Shown: positions 59,315 to 64,000 of the stretch, piece by piece
How positions within the stretch are numbered: the stretch's first letter is position 1
How the letters are laid out: every line of letters begins with the position of its first letter
IMG/VR virus record: IMGVR_UViG_3300033889_000554
Strand: one strand, 5' to 3'
DNA: 64,000 nucleotides
Source of the DNA: a virus
Program-made: the position numbers and the translations under genes
Notes under the pieces: generated by a model
Seen by the model: only the letters and a program-made list of their open reading frames with translations
Databases searched by the model: none
Told to the model about the DNA's origin: nothing

Positions 59315-60304
59315 TTACTCCTTCACCGCGCACCAGCCGCCGGTGGTCAGGTTGAACACGCGGTAGCTGTCCGTTCCGATCTGGATGGTGTCTTCAGAGG
59401 CGACGTTGCCGCCGCCCACGGCGAAGATCTCGATGAGTTCGCCGCGCAGTTCCTGGTAGGCGGCGGAGCCGGACATCGAGGCGAGCCAGGGAAAAAGGAT
59501 GGTGGTGCCGTAGCGCATTTCCGGATCGGTTTCGCCCTGGAGACCGCCGTGGGCCGCGCCGCAGCGGCCCTGCTGGCCGGACGCGGAGGTCCAGCCGTCG
59601 AACTTGTTCACGGCGTAAAATGTGCCCGGCGCGTTGTAGTAGCTGTTGATGACCGGCTGCGGGTCCTCGCCGATCTTGGCTCCCGAGGCGTAATCCCGAA
59701 CGAGAGTCTCGACGGTGATGGTGTTCGGCGTGGCAGCGGTGTCGATGGCGCTCACCCGCACGCGTTCGATGCCCGCGTCGTCCTTGATCACATAGTCCTG
59801 TCCGGGCGTGACCACGGTGGCGTCGTTGACCTGAATCACCACGCCGCTTCCGGCGGTGACCGCCGCCTGCGTGAGCGCGACGGCCCCAGACCAGAACCGT
59901 TTCAGCAATCCGCTGTAATGGCCGTAGTAGGTGGAGACGAGCTTGGTGACCACGAAGACGTGATCCAGATCGGCGAACAGCCAGAAGATGAAGTCGGCGC
60001 TGTCCTCCACCCGCAGGTAGGTGTAACTGGTGTGCGAAGCCTCGTTGACGCCGGTGTGGGTGGCCGCGTCCCAATACTGGAATGCAGCGACGTGAATCCG
60101 CCCGGAGGTGGTGCTGATACGGAACTGTAGATAGACGTCCTCGGCCCCGGATTCCCCTTGCGACTTGAAGACGAAATACGGCTGCGAGTCGGCCGACTGG
60201 TCGTCGTGCAGGGTCCAGCCGGTGGTGGTCACCAGGAAGGTCCGCAGTTGATTGAGCAGGTCGAGCCGACCGTGGGCGAGTCCTTGAATGCTGTGGTATG
60301 CCAT
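59315..60304 (-). CDS. Putative virion structural protein
   Basis: 329 aa, beta-rich composition, GGAGG RBS, in the tail operon. Confidence 0.7.
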   Translation of the reverse strand: MAYHSIQGLAHGRLDLLNQLRTFLVTTTGWTLHDDQSADSQPYFVFKSQGESGAEDVYLQFRISTTSGRIHVAAFQYWDAATHTGVNEASHTSYTYLRVEDSADFIFWLFADLDHVFVVTKLVSTYYGHYSGLLKRFWSGAVALTQAAVTAGSGVVIQVNDATVVTPGQDYVIKDDAGIERVRVSAIDTAATPNTITVETLVRDYASGAKIGEDPQPVINSYYNAPGTFYAVNKFDGWTSASGQQGRCGAAHGGLQGETDPEMRYGTTILFPWLASMSGSAAYQELRGELIEIFAVGGGNVASEDTIQIGTDSYRVFNLTTGGWCAVKE

Positions 60305-60314
60305 GGCGGCCTCC

Positions 60315-60908
60315 TTAGAGAATCGGGTTTTCCGTGCCGGTCAGGCGCAGCTTGATGTCGAGTTTGTTTTGCACCGGGGTGCCCGGGAGCACGGTGCAGC
60401 GCCGCCAGAAAGACAGCGTCTGCTGGAAGGCCTTGTCGCCTAGATTCAGCGGTGCGCCCTGGGTGGCGGTGTCGAGTCCGGCCTGGGTCAGGGCCAGGCG
60501 GTACCAGACCGATTCGTCGGTGCCGGTCTCATCAATGGGATCGAGCACCAGCCCGGTGTAGTCGTAGCCGGAATAGACGGTCGTTCCGGCGTCGTGCGCG
60601 GCCGGAGCGGTGTTGGCCACGCCCCGCTGCACGGTGAGATTGGCGGTGCCGCCGCCGCTTTCGATGAGCATCTGCTCGCCGTCGATGATGATGAGTTCGC
60701 CGTCGGCAAAGCGCGGTTCGGCCAGGGCGATGGAGGTCTGCGCCGCGTCGATGGCCGAGGCGAGGCTCGTCTGCTCGTTGGCGACGTAGAGTTGCCGATC
60801 CTTGATGTCGCCATCGGTGCCGTTGTAGCTCTCGGCCTCGGGGCGGCTGAAATCCCCCTCGGAAATCTGCTGAGTCAGCGCTTCGTCAAGATAGAGATGT
60901 ATCGCCAT
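60315..60908 (-). CDS. Putative virion structural protein
   Basis: Start MAIHLY after GAAGGAG; IIDGEQM...LTVQRGVANTAPAAHDAG motif seen in tail proteins. Confidence 0.7.
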   Translation of the reverse strand: MAIHLYLDEALTQQISEGDFSRPEAESYNGTDGDIKDRQLYVANEQTSLASAIDAAQTSIALAEPRFADGELIIIDGEQMLIESGGGTANLTVQRGVANTAPAAHDAGTTVYSGYDYTGLVLDPIDETGTDESVWYRLALTQAGLDTATQGAPLNLGDKAFQQTLSFWRRCTVLPGTPVQNKLDIKLRLTGTENPIL

Positions 60909-60918
60909 GGGTTCTCCT

Positions 60919-62493
60919 TCAGGTGGGCCACTGGGTGGCACGATAGTTATTGGTGGCGGCCTCGAACCCGGCCTGCGTGGGCGCGTGCAGGTCCTGCTGA
61001 CGGAACAGCCAACGGTAGGACGGCCGCGACCAGCGGAATCCGGCCTGGTTGAGGCGCATGCGGCTGACGCGCATCGGGCGGGTCCGATCAACGGAGAGGC
61101 GCAGGCCGGTGGTGTTGAGCGGGCTCGCGCCCAGCTTCATGGTCTCGACCCGATGGCGCTGGAGAGAGCCCGTGTCCACGTAGACTTCAAGCGAGGCCCG
61201 TTCGCCGGTCAGATTCGCATTGCTCAGATACCGGGTGTTCAGGGTGTTCGCGTTGAGCCGGAACACAGGCCCTCTCCGCCGCCATCGGTCGATCCGGTCC
61301 ACGGCCAGGGTGACGTCCGCGTCGCAGCCAGCGGTGGAGGCGAGCAGCAGATTGCTGATGCCGCCCTGGTTGGCGGTGAGGTCGAGACCAGCGTTGAGCC
61401 TGGCGCGGCCAAGTTGGAAACAGAGGCGGTGCCGGGATTCCAGGGGCAGGCGCAGGTCATACTTGGCCTCCGCCCGCTCGACCGGTTCCGCTTGCGTATC
61501 GAAGAAGAAATCCTTCTGCCGGAAGCAGTAGCGCAGCGCGGTCTCGCCATGGGTCAGCGGCTTGCGGTTGAGATGGCTCTCGCCCAGCCCGAAGCCGCTT
61601 TCCAGCACATCCCCTTCGAAGTCACGGCCGGTGTAGATGGGCGTGCAGAAGGAAACCCGATCCTCGCCGACGCGGGTGTACGGAAGCCGCCAGTCGTTGA
61701 GGGCCTTGTGGTTCAGGCGCATCCGGTTCTGGCGGCCGTGAAAACGGGAGACTTTCACGGCGGCCCGGTCGATCTCCGGGATCATCTCCGTGGTGCTGGT
61801 GAGCTGCAGCAGCTCCCAGGCCCTCTGCTTGTTGGTCAGGTGACGGCAGGAACCGAGCGAGGAGCGGCCAAGGACGAAGGTCTCGTCGAGAAACGCCAGC
61901 ACGATCCTGCGCACGGCGTTGGCATGCCCGAAGTCGAGCATCGCGCCGCCTTCGATCCATTCCAGGAGAAACTGGAGCCAGAAACAGCGGGTGCCCGCCG
62001 GGTGGTGAAACACCAGGGCGTCGCGCAGCCCCTCGGTCTGGTTGAGACACAGCACGCGAAACACGCCGAGGCTGAACACCAGCCCGGGTAGTTTGGCGCT
62101 GCTGAGTCGGGAGCGGGCATTGAGACGCAGCGCCGAGCGGAAGGTTTCCTGGAGTTCCCCCTGCCAACCGAGCGCGTCGAAGTCGCGTTCGATGGCCGGA
62201 ATGGTGCCCTTGCGGCGATAGATTTCGACCGCCTCCCGCACGCGGCGGCGCTGGCAGTTCGGCGAACAGGTGCCGTCCACTTCGAGGCCGACCAGTCTCG
62301 CCAGCAGCGGCAGGAAGCGCTCGTCGCAGTGATCGACGTCGAAGATGGTCGGGAAATCGTCGATGGCCTGCTTGAGCTCGTCGAGCGTTCCGGCGGGAAG
62401 GCTCAGAAAGGTGCGCAGGTCACCGGCCTCGTCGTTGTGCTCGTAAAGCGGCGGCAGTAGGCCGAGCAGATTGTCCTTGAACCAATCCGACAT
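60919..62493 (-). CDS. Phage tail/baseplate wedge protein (P2 gpI-like N-terminus) with repeat-containing extension
   Basis: LLPPLY...DVDHCDERFLPLLARLVG...IYRRKGT; follows the baseplate J-like gene. Confidence 0.82.
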   Translation of the reverse strand: MSDWFKDNLLGLLPPLYEHNDEAGDLRTFLSLPAGTLDELKQAIDDFPTIFDVDHCDERFLPLLARLVGLEVDGTCSPNCQRRRVREAVEIYRRKGTIPAIERDFDALGWQGELQETFRSALRLNARSRLSSAKLPGLVFSLGVFRVLCLNQTEGLRDALVFHHPAGTRCFWLQFLLEWIEGGAMLDFGHANAVRRIVLAFLDETFVLGRSSLGSCRHLTNKQRAWELLQLTSTTEMIPEIDRAAVKVSRFHGRQNRMRLNHKALNDWRLPYTRVGEDRVSFCTPIYTGRDFEGDVLESGFGLGESHLNRKPLTHGETALRYCFRQKDFFFDTQAEPVERAEAKYDLRLPLESRHRLCFQLGRARLNAGLDLTANQGGISNLLLASTAGCDADVTLAVDRIDRWRRRGPVFRLNANTLNTRYLSNANLTGERASLEVYVDTGSLQRHRVETMKLGASPLNTTGLRLSVDRTRPMRVSRMRLNQAGFRWSRPSYRWLFRQQDLHAPTQAGFEAATNNYRATQWPT

Positions 62494-63902
62494 CAACCAG
62501 CCCTCCGCAGATCGAGGTTGACGGTGCCGAGAACCGGGATTTCGCCATGGCGCAGCTCTATGTCCTGCTGGGGCGCGTAGAGATGCATGTGGCTGACGCC
62601 GCGCACGCCGTCGATCAGGGCCACCAGGTCGGAGAAGTGAATGGTCTGGCCGAAAGAGACCCGGTCGAATGAAAAGAAATCGGTGAGCGCGGCTTCGATG
62701 CGGCTGCGCACGTTTTCCAGCGGTTCACCGGGCCAGACGTAGACCTCGGCGTCGATGGAAACGGGCCGATAGATCGGGTCGAACAGGTTGATCTCGACCG
62801 TGATGACCTTGCGGCGTTCGAGAAACTCCGCGAGGTCCCGCTTGAGCAACGCCGAGGGCATTCCGCCGCCATTGGGGGCGATGGCCAGTTGGACGTTGTA
62901 ATAGCGGATGTTCTGACAGGCATTGGTGTCGAGCACCTTGGCCTTGGCGACGCCGGGGTAACCTTCGGCGAGGGCCTGGTAATCCTCCAGGGTGATGGCC
63001 TTCCAGAGACTGCGCATCTCCGCCGGTGCCTGTCGGCGGGCGTGTTCGAGGGCTTCCCGCGAAGCGCCGCCGGTGGCGGGAACCGGGTTGATGACGGTCA
63101 GGGAAACCTGGCCGCCGTCGAGGTAGACCGGGCTCAGCAGTTGGGTGATCCGGTTCGGGCCGAGATTGCCCTGGTCTCCGATGGTCTGCAGATAGCTGAC
63201 GGTGATGGCGCTTCCCTGAGTGGGTACAGCGCCGCTTTGCCCGTCGCCGAAAATCAGGGTAGAGATGTCGAGGGCGTCCAGGTCGGCCATGAAATGACGG
63301 CTGTCGGCCAGGCTGTCCTGGAAATGATCGACCTCGCTCCAGGCGTCGTCCCCCACCGTAAGGGTGATGGTGCCCTGGGCGATGACGTCGCCGGTCAGGC
63401 GGATGCGCTGGAATGGCAGCCCCGTGGAAGTGAAGGTCTCGGTGCGACGCACGCCTTGGCGGGCCGGGATGTCCACCGAGAGCACGCCTCGCGGGATCAG
63501 ACCGTCCTCGACCGTCTCGAAATCCGCCTCGCCGTCATTCAGTAAGGCGCGGCAGGCCGTTCCCGCCGGAATGGTCAGATCCTTGCCGAGCGGGGCGGAG
63601 AGCCGGAAGCGCAGCGTGGTGGTGGAGGCCACCGGCGAGTCCAGCCGGTAGCCGATGAGTTTGCAGAGGTTGATGACGTTCTGGCGCTGGCGGGCCGTGG
63701 GCAGAAAGGCCTCCGCCGCCTGGGCGTCCAGGTAGTAGGCCAGCATGTCGCCCACGCCGCAGAACAGATCGAGCAGGACGACACCGAGATCGGAGTGGTT
63801 GAAATCGGTCCAGCGGTCGGTGAGCTGCGGGATCTTCGCCAGCAGCTCTTGGCGGATCGATTCGTAATCCTTGTTGATGTATCCGATGCTTGCGCGGCCC
63901 AT
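62493..63902 (-). CDS. Baseplate J / gp47-like wedge protein
   Basis: KDYESIR...WTDFNHSDLG...FGDGQSG...ATGG...AITLEDY. Confidence 0.9.
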   Translation of the reverse strand: MGRASIGYINKDYESIRQELLAKIPQLTDRWTDFNHSDLGVVLLDLFCGVGDMLAYYLDAQAAEAFLPTARQRQNVINLCKLIGYRLDSPVASTTTLRFRLSAPLGKDLTIPAGTACRALLNDGEADFETVEDGLIPRGVLSVDIPARQGVRRTETFTSTGLPFQRIRLTGDVIAQGTITLTVGDDAWSEVDHFQDSLADSRHFMADLDALDISTLIFGDGQSGAVPTQGSAITVSYLQTIGDQGNLGPNRITQLLSPVYLDGGQVSLTVINPVPATGGASREALEHARRQAPAEMRSLWKAITLEDYQALAEGYPGVAKAKVLDTNACQNIRYYNVQLAIAPNGGGMPSALLKRDLAEFLERRKVITVEINLFDPIYRPVSIDAEVYVWPGEPLENVRSRIEAALTDFFSFDRVSFGQTIHFSDLVALIDGVRGVSHMHLYAPQQDIELRHGEIPVLGTVNLDLRRAG

Positions 63903-64000
63903 GGTCTCTCCGGTTTTCGGCGGTTATGCAAGAGCGCCTGATGCTCTCGCCACGCCGGTTACTTACCGGAAGGGGCCTGGATGTGTCGGAGGCGGGATGC

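Larger units (their letters stand above)
29609..64000 (-). mobile_element. Distal part of a prophage-like element with defence cargo (continues beyond the window)
   Basis: Baseplate/tail genes, a co-directional gene array ending at the att repeat, an IHF-consensus site by the att, and visibly higher GC than the adjacent element core. Confidence 0.65.

Noticed and set aside
1..64000. CRISPR array, retron/DGR reverse transcriptase, IS transposase, invertase shufflon
   Set aside because: No repeat-spacer array, RT, transposase or invertase motif was seen by eye; subtle dispersed repeats could have been missed.

Overview
Bacterial accessory DNA in which every convincing gene is on the minus strand. 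It reads as two mobile elements stacked at a tmRNA/tRNA-type 3' end. (1) 1-961: flank with an MNT-HEPN toxin-antitoxin pair and a terminator. (2) 962-29608: a ~28.6 kb integrated, satellite-like element bounded by a 16-bp direct repeat (TATGTCTTGGTGGAGG). Its core is a P4-type integrase, AlpA, a phage initiator with an internal iteron ori, DnaB and an HGGxSTG protein. Its cargo is a type 1 BREX operon (brxA-like, brxB, brxC, pglX, pglZ, brxL) with three inserted genes and McrBC. (3) 29609-64000: the end of a GC-rich prophage-like element. It carries baseplate/tail genes, an amidoligase-DUF5049-GATase-GGCT module, and a ~21 kb tightly packed defence operon. In that operon a class I DISARM cluster sits between the C5 methyltransferase and the GHKL-ATPase nuclease plus Vsr of an HgiDII-like RM system, followed by GmrSD and three poorly characterised genes. 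The main leads for something undescribed are the nested defence operon, the nuclease+HEPN pair inside BREX, the truncated att site that may tie the BREX element to prophage excision, a candidate structured RNA at ~1145-1267, and a hidden 43-aa duplicated-leader ORF in the tail region. Family calls come from motif recognition by eye; no searches were run.
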